Of a DNA stretch of 64,000 nucleotides, positions 31,185 through 40,478 are shown one piece after another (positions within the stretch are counted from its first letter, which is position 1; each line of letters opens with the position of its first letter). Source of the DNA: Verrucomicrobiia bacterium DG1235 (GTDB taxonomy: Bacteria > Verrucomicrobiota > Verrucomicrobiia > Opitutales > Opitutaceae); NCBI GenBank assembly GCA_000155695.1, contig DS990592.1:2082635-2146634 (forward strand), written 5' to 3'. Under the pieces are notes generated by a model that had not been told where the DNA came from, made no database searches, and saw only the letters and a program-made list of their open reading frames with translations. The translations under genes were made by a program, and so were the position numbers.

Positions 31185-31237
31185 CTCAGTTCCTTCCTAA
31201 AGAAGAGAAATGAAAGCGCGTGTTCTTTTAATGGATA

Positions 31238-31280
31238 CAATCCCGTAGCGCGGTGCTTTAGCCCGCGTCAGCAGTAGCCT
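31238..31280. repeat. Fourth (shorter) copy of the structured intergenic repeat, between the SPFH and HNH genes
   Basis: acaatcccGTAGCgcggtgctttagcccgcgtcagcaGTAGCC. Hairpin cgcgg/ccgcg. Confidence 0.5.
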
Positions 31281-31380
31281 AATCGACGGATTCGGAGCAC
31301 CTAGCTACACACAATGAAAAACATTTGAAATCATGAAAAAGTAGAGCGGGTCGTCCCGACACGTTTACTTCACCTCTCAA

Positions 31381-31412
31381 AAAAAAGCCGCCTCCCCTTC
31401 TCGGAGAGGCGA
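31381..31412 (-). terminator. Rho-independent terminator after the SPFH gene
   Basis: Reverse strand: cgcctctcc-gagaa-ggggaggcg followed by ctttttttt. Confidence 0.55.
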
Positions 31413-31415
31413 CCC

Positions 31416-32585
31416 TTAGATCAGCTTTGTGATCGACTCGGACAAACCACGCTCGCCGAGAACGACTTGCAGGTTCGTTGTCTTGGAGACTGTTTCCAGT
31501 ACTTCCAATTCGCGCAGCTTCATGAGAACAGGATTGCTCTCCATCAGCTTCGCAGTGTTCAGCTGCGAACGCATCGCCGCTGTTTCTTCTCGACGCTTGA
31601 TCCCGTTCGCTTCCGAAGCCTTCTGGGCTTCGATCACTTGGTTCAGCAGAGTCTTCATCTCACCAGGCAAGATGACATCGCGAACTCCGAGACTCACCAC
31701 TTCGACACCTAAGCTCTTCGCGACTTTCGTCACGTATTGCTTCGCGTTCCGAGCAAGGTCTTCCTTGCCCGACAACAGTGTATCGAGGTTTCGAGTACCG
31801 ACTTCAGTACGAAGCGCCAACTGGGTTTCGCGATACAGAGCCTGGCTCGAGTCCTGCGAAGACTCGACGTACTGTCGTTCGTCCACAACACGGTAAGCGA
31901 GTACGGCATTGAGCCGCAGGGTCACCTTATCCTGAGTCATAATATCTTGGCCGGATACGTCCAATACCTGCTCACGCTTTTCCACGATCTGGATCTTCAC
32001 CTTCGCAACGTCCTTCCAGAAAACATGCTTACCCGAAGCAAGCGTTTCCTGATAAGCGCCATCGACGAAGAGTACACCAACCTTGCCTTCAGCAATTTCG
32101 GTCACTTCGAAAAACTGGCTAGCGGAGGGGTTCTTCAACACCGTTGGCAAATCCTTACGCACCAGACGAAGCTCGTTTGAGTCGAATCGTTCCACCTCGA
32201 CCTTGCGCAACTGATTCCAAAGGCCATAGAGCCCCGGACCCAGCACCGCATCGAGACGACCGTCTACCCAAACGAAGGCACGTTCGCTATCCTTTAGGTC
32301 TACGAATACTGCCTTGTCCGCCAGAGAGTCGGCCTTGCTCAACTGGTCGAGCTCCGTCGAACGAATCCAAGGTGTACGCTGATTCACGACCTCTACACGC
32401 AATGCGTTTCGAAAGTCGAAGAACCAACGCTTGCCTTCTCCAACGAGCTTCACAAAGCGACCGTTCTTAAAGACGAGACCATACTCGTCGTACTTGATGG
32501 TTTTTCTTACTGGTAGCAACATAGGTCGCTCCTTTCTAGTTATGACGGCTTTCGCCATCGGGTTAACAAAATGGATGACACTCAT
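31416..32585 (-). CDS. SPFH/band-7 (slipin/COG4260-like) domain protein with ~200-aa N-terminal domain
   Basis: 389 aa. C-terminal half has a typical SPFH core and a coiled-coil tail (…LRLNAVLAYRVVD…VRDVILPGEMK…IEAQKASEANGIKRREE…). Confidence 0.7.
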   Translation of the reverse strand: MSVIHFVNPMAKAVITRKERPMLLPVRKTIKYDEYGLVFKNGRFVKLVGEGKRWFFDFRNALRVEVVNQRTPWIRSTELDQLSKADSLADKAVFVDLKDSERAFVWVDGRLDAVLGPGLYGLWNQLRKVEVERFDSNELRLVRKDLPTVLKNPSASQFFEVTEIAEGKVGVLFVDGAYQETLASGKHVFWKDVAKVKIQIVEKREQVLDVSGQDIMTQDKVTLRLNAVLAYRVVDERQYVESSQDSSQALYRETQLALRTEVGTRNLDTLLSGKEDLARNAKQYVTKVAKSLGVEVVSLGVRDVILPGEMKTLLNQVIEAQKASEANGIKRREETAAMRSQLNTAKLMESNPVLMKLRELEVLETVSKTTNLQVVLGERGLSESITKLI

Positions 32586-32996
32586 TCGGGAAGCGCGATA
32601 AGCCCAGCCAGAGTGCCTCGATCAATCGCGACACAAGGCCGCCTTCCTACAAATATCAAAAGCCAGGGAGCCCCCTAGACAGCGACGAAAGCTAAATCCA
32701 CAGCCATCCAGCGGAAAGCGCTTTAAGCAGCGAGTCAGACCACGCGCCTAATTGCTCGAACAAACCGTGCGCGACAAAACCGCGACGTGCCCATTCCAAC
32801 AGTTCCACAACGCGGACCGTCTCGAAGCGGTATCCAACGCTTTCAGGCCTTCAGACTGCTGCCGTTCAGATCTGCCAAAAGACAGACTCGAATAGCAGGA
32901 CCGAGATTTTACCATTCCCTAAGGGGCTCTTTCTTTGGAGGCAGCTAACGCGCCGCCAGGCGGGGAGTTGAACCCAAGGTCTACACCTTTTCCATT

Positions 32997-33070
32997 TGGG
33001 ATGTGCCGGATTCGAACCGGCGACAACATGATTATCAGTCATGTACTCTTACCACTTGAGTTAACATCTG
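32997..33070 (-). tRNA. tRNA-Ile(GAU)-like gene; possibly a pseudo-tRNA because the first two acceptor-stem pairs are mismatched
   Basis: Reverse strand folds by hand into a 74-nt cloverleaf. D-arm ACTC/GAGT with AAGTGGTAA loop. Anticodon stem CATGA/TCATG, loop cTGATAa (anticodon GAU). T-arm GCCGG-TTCGAAT-CCGGC. 3' strand ACATCCC+A. The 5' strand reads cagatgt, giving C1·C72 and A2·C71 mismatches. No CCA encoded. Confidence 0.45.
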
Positions 33071-33435
33071 CATTGTGGTTTCCACGCCATCTAAAGCCCA
33101 ATCACAGAACGCAAAATCGCAACGCCCGAAGACGGCGTCCTACGCTGCTGGAACTGGTCGTGAAAGTGTTTGGCAAAGTCCCTAGCTTCGGAACGACGCC
33201 TAAAAATCATGGTACCCTGAGCGGGCAACGATCCCGCGTCTCCACCTTGAAAGGGTGGCGTCCTAATCGATTAGACGATCAGGGCGCACTCTATATATTA
33301 TTATCCATTAAAAGAACACGCACCTTCACCCCTCTCGTTATATCATCTCACAACGGATTGGACGGCCGGTGGATTTTGTCCGGTCGTTTTATTGCTTCAC
33401 ATCGGCGCAATATTAAAAGCCATATTATTCTGGGT

Positions 33436-33475
33436 ACAAAAAAGCCCGTGTCTGTAGGATCGCGGGCAAACAGGT
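33436..33475 (-). terminator. Rho-independent terminator (reverse strand) following small ORF 1
   Basis: Reverse strand: gcccgcgatcctacagacacgggc + tttttt. Confidence 0.45.
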
Positions 33476-33492
33476 CGAAACTTCGGATGATC

Positions 33493-33648
33493 TATTCACC
33501 TTGTTTTTCAGTATGCCCGCTGGGCTCTTCGCTCGTTTCATTCGAGTCCTGATAGAACTCCTCGACTGGTTCTTCGCTCGGTCTCCCGAGCGGTAAATCC
33601 CAGCCGATATAAAGCTGTATTTCGTTAAACATCCGACTCTTACGCATT
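33493..33648 (-). CDS. Hypothetical small protein (51 aa), acidic C-terminus
   Basis: MRKSRMFNEIQLYIGWDLPLGRPSEEPVEEFYQDSNETSEEPSGHTEKQGE. AGGA ~11 nt upstream. Followed by the terminator. Below the 60-aa cut-off of the ORF table. Coding status unproven. Confidence 0.2.
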
Positions 33649-33660
33649 ACGCATCCTTTT

Positions 33661-33700
33661 CTATGGGCACAAAAAAGCCCGTTCTCCTTGCTGAGAGACG
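33661..33700 (-). terminator. Rho-independent terminator (reverse strand) following small ORF 2
   Basis: Reverse strand: gcccgtctctcagcaaggagaacgggc + tttttt. Flank nearly identical to the 33436 terminator (gggyacaaaaaagcccgt). Confidence 0.5.
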
Positions 33701-33729
33701 GGCGGCATCACGACTAGTCTATAAAAAAA

Positions 33730-33858
33730 CTATCGAATCAGGGCCTCCCGCTTCTTATGGTTAAAACATGGCGCAGCAACAAATCCACTCTCGCATATCG
33801 ATTGCTCGATATGCTCCGAACAGAGTCTTTCCTGCATGTTCTGTAAATTAATATTCAT
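33730..33858 (-). CDS. Hypothetical Cys-rich small protein (42 aa)
   Basis: MNINLQNMQERLCSEHIEQSICESGFVAAPCFNHKKREALIR (4 Cys, 2 His). Followed by the terminator. Coding status unproven. Confidence 0.2.
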   Translation of the reverse strand: MNINLQNMQERLCSEHIEQSICESGFVAAPCFNHKKREALIR

Positions 33859-34432
33859 CGTGGATGAGGACCAAAACTCACCAAACACGACTCGTCAATA
33901 TAAAATATTGAATATTTATATATAAAACAAGAGACCACGTTTCATCTATTTCTAAGGCGCACAAACCACCGCCAGCGAACCTCCACTATCAAGTAACTCC
34001 TCCCCAGTCCTCGGGATTAGACCGAGGGCAACAATCTGTCGCATTGTCGCTCGAATTGTAAGGCGGCAATACATCAATCTTCATATTACCCTTCTTTACT
34101 TAAATTCAGCTGTCTGATCACACCCCTGCCCCCTATTTCGAAAATCGAAACGACGAGCGCAGAAAGACTTGGCGATGCTCCTCTGAGCCGACATCGGCAT
34201 GAACCGCACGCTTGCCATGATGCTATAGCCTTCGTGTACATAGGCAACATTCCTTCGGAATCCGCTCCAGTTTCCATTAGATTACCAAACAAGTCTCATC
34301 TAGCCTACCTTCTAGCTGATACTCCAACTCGCCGACATCGGGAAACAGATTGATCCCCCTTTCAAAGCCTCCTACCCTAGCCAGATTCCACATCGCATCT
34401 CGTCGCGACCTAACGGAAAAAATCGAAAGCCC

Positions 34433-34855
34433 ATGAAGAACCAATCCCTGCAAGACGATTCGATATTCCCTTCCGAAGAAATCCTTAAAGCAGCCTTGAA
34501 ACGCGCCTATCCAGCTTTCACCCGTTTCATCCAAACTGTAGAGGCCGAGCCTCTCGACCTAACCCACCAGTGGCGCTACTACAAGGACGGCAAAGCATGG
34601 CTCTGCAAAGTAAGCCACAAAAAGAAGACCATCTGCTGGATCTCCGTATGGAAAGGATTCTTCAAAATAGCCTTCTACTTCGCAGACCGCCTGAGCAGCG
34701 GTATCCAAGAATTGAATATTTCCGATTCGATCAAAGCAGACTTTGCCAACGCGAACCTCATCGGCAAACTGCGTCCCCTCGAAGCCGACGTACGAAAGCT
34801 CTCGCAGCTGCCGGACCTTTATACCATCGCCACCTTCAAAAAGCAGGCCAAATGA
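34433..34855 (+). CDS. Hypothetical protein (DUF-type; YKDGKAWLCK...KKKTICWISVWKGFFKIAFYF)
   Basis: 140 aa. The conserved-looking Trp/Cys pattern recalls an uncharacterised bacterial DUF; no function assignable. Confidence 0.4.
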   Translation: MKNQSLQDDSIFPSEEILKAALKRAYPAFTRFIQTVEAEPLDLTHQWRYYKDGKAWLCKVSHKKKTICWISVWKGFFKIAFYFADRLSSGIQELNISDSIKADFANANLIGKLRPLEADVRKLSQLPDLYTIATFKKQAK

Positions 34856-34998
34856 TCGCCTCCTCAGACATCTGGGCACACCTGCGATCAAACAACAACA
34901 ACTCAATTCACATCACCGTCATTCATGCCCACCAAAAAACAAGGAGGCCTCGCTCACGCGAAGCCTCCCAATTGGAAACTGAACTGACTCGCCCTCGC

Positions 34999-35403
34999 CT
35001 AGAGGGAAGCCAGAGCTGGCGTTTGAAGGTCTTCAATTAAGAAGTCTACGGGGACCGTTACGATTTGCGGCACGGCTTCTCCATCACGCGTACCGGGTTG
35101 AAAATACCATTTCTTAACCGACTTAACTGCGGCCTGGCTAAAAAGCTGATTCGACGAAGTCACGACGCGAATGTCACTGACTTCTCCGACTTCGTCCACG
35201 CGTAGCATCAAGAGCGTTCGCCCTTGTACGCCTCGCTCGAGCATCTCGATCGGATACTTCGGAGCTACCGTCTCGAGGACATAGGCATCCGTCTGGTCCT
35301 CTAGGGCGAAGTCAATATTCGTCTCGTCAGGGGAAGCTGCGTAAATCGCTCCACAGGCCATAACCTGCGCCAGAGCTATTAGGGTAATTTTCTTAATATT
35401 CAT
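34999..35403 (-). CDS. TonB C-terminal domain-like periplasmic protein
   Basis: Start moved to MNIKKITLIALAQV (signal peptide). ...APKYPIEMLERGVQGRTLLMLRVDEVGEVSDIRVVTSSNQLFSQAAVKSVKKWYFQP fits the TonB_C fold pattern. Confidence 0.6.
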   Translation of the reverse strand: MNIKKITLIALAQVMACGAIYAASPDETNIDFALEDQTDAYVLETVAPKYPIEMLERGVQGRTLLMLRVDEVGEVSDIRVVTSSNQLFSQAAVKSVKKWYFQPGTRDGEAVPQIVTVPVDFLIEDLQTPALASL

Positions 35404-35570
35404 GAGCTTGGGGTCCTTTCTAGGAAAAGTTTTGTCACATATCTGTAACATCGTAACATTCCCGTAACATCTCAAGCCCGAACGCCCAATTAGGGCAAAA
35501 CGTAACATTTGTAAGAAAACCGCGAACAGCCGGCACCGTGAGTCGGCTAGATCTTTCCTAGAACAAAAAG

Positions 35571-35600
35571 GCCCTCGCTCCACAAGGGAGCGAGGGCCGA
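35571..35600 (-). terminator. Rho-independent terminator after the porin gene (possibly bidirectional)
   Basis: ggccctcgctcc-acaa-gggagcgagggcc perfect 12-bp stem. T-run on the reverse strand (gaacaaaaa on +). Confidence 0.55.
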
Positions 35601-35643
35601 AAATCGTATCTGCTACTGAACTGAAATACGAAGACGAACGAAA

Positions 35644-36846
35644 CTAGAACTTCAGATTCGCCTCAAGCGTGAGAACCTGCTTGTCCGCTCCACCGTAGGA
35701 TACGGTTTCCGCTCCATCCGAGCTGTAATCCGCAAACTTGCCCACAAGCGTCACGTATTCGTTCAGCTTGTACGAGGCGACGAGGTCGATCTCGCTTCCA
35801 AGGTAGTCGCTCACGTTAGAGGTGGAGTAGTCATGATAAATCACCTTCACGGGCACATCGCCCGCCTTGAATCCAAAAGCCACATACATGTCCTCAAGCC
35901 CCTGCGGCAATCCGCCGCCAAGACCGAGCGATCCGCCAGCGAAAAGATCGGCGAAGCCATTGAACTTGTGAACCGTAGCGAGCGGCGTAGTGAAACCTGA
36001 CGTCCCGTCACCGTCGAGAATCTCGATACCCGCCGTAAGCGTCATACCATTGAAAGCAGCCCCGAACTCTCCAGCCATATAAGAGTGGTCCAAATCGAAA
36101 GCACTGCCGCTGTTGTCAACCTGCTTCGCGTAGCTGAAACTGTAAGAATAGGAGACGTCTTCACCCTTGATCTTACCCGCTCCGCGCAAGCCTATCGTGT
36201 CGCTCGAAGTCAGCACCGGACGGTCGAAATCGAGAAGGTAGGCGAAACCGGTCAATGTGAAGTCGTCGCCAATCTTCGTGCTCGCATTCGCCAGGATACC
36301 GGCGAGATCCTGAGACGTCGCATTCACGCGGTGAACCGCGTCAAGATAACCGAAATTCAATTTCGTATTCTCGTTCGCTGCGTACGAGTAGGTGATCGCG
36401 TCAAAGGTCTGGATGTTCTGCCTCCAACCCACGTGCCCAATGAAGCGATGGTCATCGAGCGTATAGATCTGACGACCTACCTTGGCCCCTTCGTAACTAA
36501 ACCAGATCTGGTTAAGCTCAGTCGTCGGCACGTCGAGCCCCGGACGATCATTGTCGTTGGCGAAACTGACATCCTCCATTTCCACAAACGCCTTAAACCC
36601 CTCGTACTCACCGGTCGAAAGCCCAAGACGAGTGCGGATGCTGTACCCATTGATTTCGCTGTTAGGCGTCTCGTTGAATTCGTAGCGAGCGCGAGCGTTA
36701 AGACTCGCCTTGCTGCCATCCTTGAGCCCATCGAGCACATCCGAAAAGGATCCGCCGTAAGCCGCTCCCGCCGCCATCGCGAAGGAGCCGATTGTTACAA
36801 GTTTTACCGCGCCCATGGCGAGCTTCGGAAGTGTAGTAGTTTTCAT
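35644..36846 (-). CDS. Outer-membrane beta-barrel porin-like protein
   Basis: 400 aa. Signal peptide. Alternating amphipathic beta-strands. C-terminal ...LEANLKF (terminal aromatic). Confidence 0.55.
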   Translation of the reverse strand: MKTTTLPKLAMGAVKLVTIGSFAMAAGAAYGGSFSDVLDGLKDGSKASLNARARYEFNETPNSEINGYSIRTRLGLSTGEYEGFKAFVEMEDVSFANDNDRPGLDVPTTELNQIWFSYEGAKVGRQIYTLDDHRFIGHVGWRQNIQTFDAITYSYAANENTKLNFGYLDAVHRVNATSQDLAGILANASTKIGDDFTLTGFAYLLDFDRPVLTSSDTIGLRGAGKIKGEDVSYSYSFSYAKQVDNSGSAFDLDHSYMAGEFGAAFNGMTLTAGIEILDGDGTSGFTTPLATVHKFNGFADLFAGGSLGLGGGLPQGLEDMYVAFGFKAGDVPVKVIYHDYSTSNVSDYLGSEIDLVASYKLNEYVTLVGKFADYSSDGAETVSYGGADKQVLTLEANLKF

Positions 36847-36966
36847 CTGGTTATTTTCTTATTGTGTAGTCGTTGATCAAATCGGGGTACAAAGATCCCG
36901 GCCTCTCACTATCCTATGAGAAATATTTATTAAGATTGCTACTATCTAGCAATAGATCTAATTCAA

Positions 36967-38679
36967 CTAGTAGACGTCGCGCAGGTAGCGTTTAGATTTC
37001 TTCATACCTTCTACGTAGGCTGTCGCCTCTTCCTCGCTCTTTCCCCCATGAGTTGCGACCACCTGGAGCAGAGCTGTATCCACGTCCTTCGCCATCCGCG
37101 AAGCGTCTCCGCAAACATAAAAATGCCCTCCCGCTTCCAGCCACTCGTAGAGCTCGGCACCCTTCTCCCGCATGCGATCCTGCACGTAGACCTTCTCTTT
37201 CTGATCCCTGGAAAAAGCTGTATCCAGCTTGTTGAGCACTCCGCTCTTCTGATAAGCGCTCAATTCCTCTTCATAGAGAAAGTCAAACTCTGCTCGCTGG
37301 TCCCCGAAGAAGAGCCAATTCTTGCCGGGAGCGCTCGTGGCCGCCCGCTCCTCGAGAAAGGCTCGAAACGGCGCGATCCCCGTTCCAGGCCCTACCATAA
37401 TGATCGGGATACTTGGATCTTCTGGCAGCTTGAAAGAATTCGTATGATGAAAATAAATACGTACCGGGGCATCTCCATCGTGATCCGCTAGGAAATTCGA
37501 GCAGACGCCTTTACGCTCGCGGCCATGCGCATCGTAGCGAACCACCCCTACCGTTACATGGACTTCATCCTCATGGGCTCGAGGACTCGACGAGATAGAA
37601 TAAAGACGTGGAGCCAATTTCCCTAGCAATCCCACAAACGAATCGACATCCTTAAACTCGTACGGTTCTTCGACTAGTAAATCGATGAACTGACGTCCCC
37701 AGGCGTAAGCCTTAAACGCGTCCCTATCGTCCGCTAACTTAGACAGCATTTCGCTTCCGCTAAGTTCCGCATACGCCTTCAAGGCCTTCAGCGTCAAACT
37801 CGTCACGTCGTAGGTTTCGGTTAAGGCGGTACGCAAACTCACCTCGCCCAGCGTTTCGTCGCCGGTGAATCCAGCGACTTTCAGCAAATCCGCAACATAC
37901 TCCGCGTCGTTCACCGGCACGACAGCGAGCGCGTCCCCTGGATCATAACTGAAGCCGGATCCTTCAATCGAAATTTCAACGTGACGCGTTTCCTTTGCGG
38001 AACCCTCTGTATTCAAATCATAGTTGTTAAGCAACTTGGCCGGAAATGGATTCTTCTTTCCGTATTCAGACTCCTGCGACACGTCACTGGATCCGCCTTC
38101 TTCAGATGCAGCCGACGCACCCGCCGCTCCCTCTACAGCCGACAGCCACTCATCAAACGCGTCTTCATAATCAACGTCGCAATCGACCCGTTCGACAATT
38201 GGTTTCGCCCCAAGCGCCTTCAAGCGTACATCTATATCGATACCACACTTACAGAAGTCAGGATAATTCGTGTCACCAAGAGCGAGCACCGAATAGCTCA
38301 AGCTCTCTAGCTTTGGAGCCTCATCGCTAAGAACCCAATTGTAGAAACTGGCAGCGTTGTCAGGCGGTTCGCCGTCCCCGTAGGTAGACGTGACGATCAA
38401 CAGCAACGACTCCTCAGAAAGCTTCGTGACATCGTAGTCCGCCATATCGTAAACCGTCGGAGCAAATCCCTTTCCACCAAGCGTTTTCGAAATCTTTCGG
38501 GCCAAGCCTTCACTGTTTCCCGTTTGGGATCCCCAAAGAATGCTGACCGGTTTCGCGTCTACGACGACTGCTCCCTCGCCCCCCTCTTGAGAAGAAAACA
38601 TACCGGCTAGAAAGCCGTTGAGCCAAGCTCGCTGCTCAACGCTAAAAGGCGCCGTATCTGGTATAAATGGTGAACTCAC
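36967..38679 (-). CDS. cysJ: Diflavin reductase of the sulfite reductase [NADPH] flavoprotein (CysJ) type: flavodoxin + FAD/NADPH domains
   Basis: 570 aa. Flavodoxin-like ILWGSQTGNSEGLA. FNR-like C-terminal half (RLYSISSSP, GPGTGIAPFRAF, CGDA..M). Ends ...RYLRDVY. Confidence 0.8.
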   Translation of the reverse strand: MSSPFIPDTAPFSVEQRAWLNGFLAGMFSSQEGGEGAVVVDAKPVSILWGSQTGNSEGLARKISKTLGGKGFAPTVYDMADYDVTKLSEESLLLIVTSTYGDGEPPDNAASFYNWVLSDEAPKLESLSYSVLALGDTNYPDFCKCGIDIDVRLKALGAKPIVERVDCDVDYEDAFDEWLSAVEGAAGASAASEEGGSSDVSQESEYGKKNPFPAKLLNNYDLNTEGSAKETRHVEISIEGSGFSYDPGDALAVVPVNDAEYVADLLKVAGFTGDETLGEVSLRTALTETYDVTSLTLKALKAYAELSGSEMLSKLADDRDAFKAYAWGRQFIDLLVEEPYEFKDVDSFVGLLGKLAPRLYSISSSPRAHEDEVHVTVGVVRYDAHGRERKGVCSNFLADHDGDAPVRIYFHHTNSFKLPEDPSIPIIMVGPGTGIAPFRAFLEERAATSAPGKNWLFFGDQRAEFDFLYEEELSAYQKSGVLNKLDTAFSRDQKEKVYVQDRMREKGAELYEWLEAGGHFYVCGDASRMAKDVDTALLQVVATHGGKSEEEATAYVEGMKKSKRYLRDVY

Positions 38680-38711
38680 TTTAAATAGAAATCGTATTGA
38701 TATTATAGTTA

Positions 38712-40478
38712 CTAGCCCGCGACAGCAGTTTCAGCCGCATAAAGCGTCTTCAATGCTTCAGCAGAATGCCGTCCGTTGAACGCTACAAAGGACTCTCCCT
38801 CTCGACGATCCGACAAGTAGCGACCCAAGACGCCCGACAGCAAAGGCTTCACATCCGAAAACGGCACCGCCTTGAAGATCTCCTTGGCAATCGCCTGCTC
38901 GTTGTCGACGCCGCCACCGATCACAACATTGTAGCCGGGAACGCTCTCGCCACCGACTTTGACCTTCACAGCCTGCAGACCGATATCGCCGACATAATGC
39001 TGCGCGCACGAATGCGGACAACCGGTCAGGTGAATATTCAAAGGCAGGTCCATTTTGACCTCATCGCTCAAATACTCGCCAAGCTCGACCGCATTGGACT
39101 TTGTATCCGCTGACGCATACTTACAACCAAAGCTGCCCGTACACGCTACCAATCCACCGCGTATCGGATCCGCATCACAGCCAAATCCAATTTCCGCAAT
39201 CTCCTCAATCACTGTATCGACATCTTCAGTACGCACATGCGGAATCAAAAGATTCTGCCAAACCGTCAATCGGATTTCACCCGTACCAAAACGACGCGCC
39301 ACTCCAGCAATCGCCTTCATCTGATCGGGCAACATTTTACCGACCGGGATGCGAACCCCGATGTAGTTCAAACCCTCCTGAGCTTGAGAATGCACACCAA
39401 GGTGGCCATGACGACGAATCGGCTGACGGATTTCACAATCCTTCAAATCCATCTTCACAAATTCGAAATCGAGCTTCTTCTCCGTCTCCTCGACAAACTT
39501 CTGGTCGCCCCATTTATCGATCAAATACTTAAGACGCGACTTTCCACGGTTTGTGCGATCTCCATTCTCGACAAAAACGCGTATCATCGCGGCCGCTACA
39601 GGCAGACATTGCTCGGGCTTGATGAGAATGCCGCAATCCTTGGCGAACTGCTTATGACCTGTGATTCCCGCAAGCTGCACGCGAAAGTAAACGCCTGGCT
39701 CCACTGCCTGACCTTCGCCCACCCGAACCGCGTAGAAAGCTATATCGTTCGTATCCGCGCAAACGCTGATCGAGCCCCCTCCGTCAAAGGAAATGTTGAA
39801 CTTACGCGGCAGTCCGTAAAACTCGCGTGTATTCAAAATTAGATGATGCATCGCCTTCGCAAGCGGCTGCACATCGAAAATCTCCACCGGATCAATTCCC
39901 GCCGTTGGAGAGCCGGTAATGTTGCGCAAGTTGTCAGCGCCCGATCCCCGCGAAGTCAGACCAAGATCCACCAACTTCTCGAGAATGTTGATCGCGTTTC
40001 GTGGCTGAATTTCGCGCAGCTGGAAATTGGCTCGAGTCGTAATGTGCGAGTATCCACCGGCCCAGTCCTCAGCCATCTCAGCCAGTCCTTCCAACTGATG
40101 CGCCTGCATCACCCCGCCCGCAATACGGCAGCGAAGCATCAGACTCTCTTGAGCCGGCGAAACGTTGAAGAGACCGAAGAACTTGAAGCGAAACATGTCC
40201 GCGCCCTCAGGAAGCTTATCCTCCTCAGCGGCTTTCCGAATATCCTCGTAACAATCCAGACCATTCTTTTCGAACTTGATTTTCTCCTCCTTGCAAAGGT
40301 CCTCAAAAGGAGTCCCGTACACGGCCTTCACATCTGCCTCGTCAGAGCTCGCATCACCCGTATAGCGCCCATCCGCCAACTTGCCAAGAAAGGGAGTGAA
40401 TCCTCGCTGGCCAGCACCCGCGAAAAAACCCGCAAGGTACTCTTTTTGCTCCAAACTGAATGTCTGATTGTTGTTCAT
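38712..40478 (-). CDS. Siroheme/[4Fe-4S] sulfite or nitrite reductase hemoprotein (CysI/NirA family)
   Basis: 588 aa. Two NIR_SIR repeats. Cys cluster [10 protein letters not shown]...TGCPHSCAQ. Substrate (sulfite vs nitrite) cannot be fixed from sequence alone. Confidence 0.8.
   Translation of the reverse strand: MNNNQTFSLEQKEYLAGFFAGAGQRGFTPFLGKLADGRYTGDASSDEADVKAVYGTPFEDLCKEEKIKFEKNGLDCYEDIRKAAEEDKLPEGADMFRFKFFGLFNVSPAQESLMLRCRIAGGVMQAHQLEGLAEMAEDWAGGYSHITTRANFQLREIQPRNAINILEKLVDLGLTSRGSGADNLRNITGSPTAGIDPVEIFDVQPLAKAMHHLILNTREFYGLPRKFNISFDGGGSISVCADTNDIAFYAVRVGEGQAVEPGVYFRVQLAGITGHKQFAKDCGILIKPEQCLPVAAAMIRVFVENGDRTNRGKSRLKYLIDKWGDQKFVEETEKKLDFEFVKMDLKDCEIRQPIRRHGHLGVHSQAQEGLNYIGVRIPVGKMLPDQMKAIAGVARRFGTGEIRLTVWQNLLIPHVRTEDVDTVIEEIAEIGFGCDADPIRGGLVACTGSFGCKYASADTKSNAVELGEYLSDEVKMDLPLNIHLTGCPHSCAQHYVGDIGLQAVKVKVGGESVPGYNVVIGGGVDNEQAIAKEIFKAVPFSDVKPLLSGVLGRYLSDRREGESFVAFNGRHSAEALKTLYAAETAVAG

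Noticed and set aside
32950-32996. Second tRNA immediately downstream of the tRNA-Ile-like gene
   Set aside because: Only a T-arm/acceptor-like 3' fragment (4/5 T-stem pairs, no matching 5' acceptor strand or D/anticodon arms); kept as an integration-scar hint, not a gene.
32935-33552. 205-aa + strand ORF spanning the tRNA-like gene
   Set aside because: Overlaps the tRNA cloverleaf and low-GC non-coding sequence; no motifs; most likely spurious.
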